37,102 bases of DNA. It comes from Octopus bimaculoides (taxonomy: Eukaryota). Below, piece after piece: positions 34,967-37,102 of this stretch. Under the pieces are notes generated by a model. It was not told the origin of the DNA and did not search any database. It saw only the letters and a list, made by a program, of their open reading frames with translations. Each line of letters begins with the position of its first letter. The stretch's first letter is position 1. The position numbers were made by a program, and so were the translations under genes. Location: NCBI RefSeq assembly GCF_001194135.2, contig NC_068983.1:118530114-118567215 (forward strand). The letters are read 5' to 3'.

Positions 34967-35209
34967 NNNNNNNNNNNNNNNNNNNNNNNNNNNNNNNNNN
35001 NNNNNNNNNNNNNNNNNNNNNNNNNNNNNNNNNNNNNNNNNNNNNNNNNNNNNNNNNNNNNNNNNNNNNNNNNNNNNNNNNNNNNNNNNNNNNNNNNNNN
35101 NNNNNNNNNNNNNNTATATATATATATGTATATATATATATATAAACATATACATGTATATATACTATAGATTTACATATATAAACAAACATCCATCCAT
35201 ACATACATA

Positions 35210-35297
35210 CTAGCAGTAATACCCATCGTTGATCGGGTAATTACTTCTACTCTTTTTCAGGAGCCACATTCGAAGTGTTATTTTATATATATATAGA
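35210..35297 (-). mobile_element. 88-bp minimal Helitron-like element
   Basis: Minus strand: A|TCTATATATATATAAAA...TACCCGATCAACGATGGGTA (hairpin)...TTACTGCTAG|T. TC start, CTAG end, AT target, no TSD. Confidence 0.7.
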
Positions 35298-35671
35298 TTT
35301 ACTCCTCCTGTATGTGTGTATTTTATAAGAAAAAGAACATGTAATAATTGAAGTAGAAAAAAGATCATTTTCATACACGAAATTCTGTTTGTTTATTATA
35401 TGACAATAATAAGTGAGTTGTATGTGTTATTTCATATATCAATACAGTAATGGCAATTATATAATACACAAGGCTTTGGTTGGCACAGAACTGAAAGAGA
35501 ATTGCCCAATGTGCCGCACATTGGGACTGAACTCAAGGCAACATGAGATACATTTTGGATAATATAATCCTTGATACAATATGCTTAACAAAAAGATGGG
35601 ATGTTTACAGTGAGAAGACCTTTGATTTTGATATTTACTTGAGCAATGCAACAGCTAACAATGCTACACCA

Positions 35672-36156
35672 TACAGAGTGTTCCAGAATTACCTATCTAT
35701 TTCAGTGAAATTGAGAAAATTTTTTTTAAAATGACAGAATTTTATGCTTATTACCAAAACAAATAGGTTTATAAATCATGTCAAACTTTTATTGAAAATT
35801 TTCAACATGTCTGTATCTCTGCTTACTTCAAATCTCTCCTTAGTGTTGTGATACACATTTTGAAGCATTTCAGGAGTTCGCTCCTGCACTTTCTAACTGA
35901 ATGTGTTCTTTAAGCTCAGCTAAACGATTGCTCCATCTTAGGGATGGAGGTAAAGAAAATGATTGCTGCCATATTGAAAAAGAGCTGTCGTGGACAAATA
36001 AGAGGGGCTCAACAGGAATGAAAATAAAATCATAAACAAAGTTCAAAATTTATGCCCTTTTAACACATATCAAACATGATAAACATAAATAAAAGTGAAT
36101 TTTAAAAAATGCCTCCAATTTTACTGAAATCATCATTAATTCTGGGACACCCTGTA
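35672..36156 (-). mobile_element. Internally deleted Tc1/mariner element
   Basis: TA|CAGAGTGTTCCAGAATT...AATTCTGGGACACCCTG|TA with ~55-bp imperfect TIRs. Minus strand keeps a transposase C-terminus-like remnant (PEMLQNVYHNTKERFE...HVENF). Confidence 0.8.
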
Positions 36157-36169
36157 TTTACTTGTCTAA

Positions 36170-36961
36170 CTAAACAGGGGAGAGAACAGAGGGGTGGGGA
36201 CTAATTGCAGGTGGTGAGCATACCTCTCGGAAGTGGTCATGCGGTCAAACTCAAATAGCTGTGAGTCACAACAGCAGTTTGTTTCTTTTGTATGAACATT
36301 TTGCATTATATAGTTCAGACATGGCTGACATAGAAAGCAGACATGCTACTGGGCCATGTTGCATTGTGCAGGATTGGAAACGTAAAACATCAACAGGGCA
36401 CTTCTGGAGAATGGATGAATGAGTTTGTTGTGCCTTTACCCAGCTGCACACACATGCACATGGCCTGGTGTTGTGCAGGATAGTAACATAAAGCATCAAC
36501 AGGGCGCCGACAAAAATTTTAATGTTCTTCTCATTTCCTCTGCCAAATTGGACAAAAAGGTTTACGTGAAATATTATACACTACTTATAATGCATAAGTA
36601 GTGTCAATATTTCATTGTTGGAAAATGGCCTAAAAGAAAGATAAAACCCAGTGCAGTATACTCAAATCTGATTAATCTGCATTTTTGGGGGACCACAGTT
36701 GGCGTCAGAGATTTCTTTTAATCAACTGCAATTTGAGGAGCCTGATTAATGTTTCTTGCAAATTTGGAGGAATGCCAAAATACTTTAAAAATGCAGTTTA
36801 TCTGCCCTTGGGCTCACATTAGGCAAGAAGTTGAAAATTTTTTTGGCCCATGACACTCTATGGACCCTATGTAATGCATGTGTAAAATTTCATGGATCTT
36901 GAGTTTTAATGACATGACAAATACACAGACAGACATACATCCTGTGTTTTATATATATAGA
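36170..36961 (-). mobile_element. Probable non-autonomous Helitron (5' end clear, 3' end uncertain)
   Basis: Minus strand A|TCTATATATATAAAACACAGGATGTATGTCTGTCTGTG at 36961. Internal ~105-bp spaced direct repeat tgtgcaggat...catcaacagggc. Left boundary is a guess. Confidence 0.45.
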
Positions 36962-36967
36962 TATGTA

Positions 36968-37102
36968 TACAAGGGGGAACCGAAAGTTCCTGGCTTTGGG
37001 TAATAGAAAATACAGGAGGATCAGTTAACTATGATTTTATTCAATATATTTCCCTCCCAGATTCACACACTTATTCAGTTTTTCTAAGCCCTGTAAAAGA
37101 AC
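36968..37102. mobile_element. Mariner-like MITE, cut by the window edge
   Basis: TA|caagggggaaccgaaagttcctggcttt; body is the reverse complement of 32150-32310. Confidence 0.8.

Overview
This is AT-rich eukaryotic genomic DNA, almost all intronic or intergenic and dense in repeats, with several N gaps. The repeat content (tRNA-headed SINEs, RTE-type LINE relics with (GAT)n tails, TTAA and TA MITEs, Helitron ends, abundant microsatellites) suggests an octopus genome; that assignment is an inference from family resemblance, not a database result. Most ORFs in the track are artefacts of microsatellites, repeats or N runs. The one well-supported host coding signal is a 94-nt minus-strand exon (8725-8818) that the ORF track misses. 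It encodes the first four cysteines of an EGF domain and ends in a phase-2 intron between Cys4 and Cys5, the layout known from EGFR/ErbB ligand genes. A signal-peptide-like ORF lies about 150 bp upstream on the same strand (8973-9170), but no good splice donor joins the two. I found no CRISPR array, prokaryotic system or real tRNA/rRNA gene. The best leads are a candidate molluscan EGF-family ligand gene and several mobile-element oddities: module-swapped SINEs, an 88-bp Helitron-like element and fold-back elements carrying telomere-like repeats.
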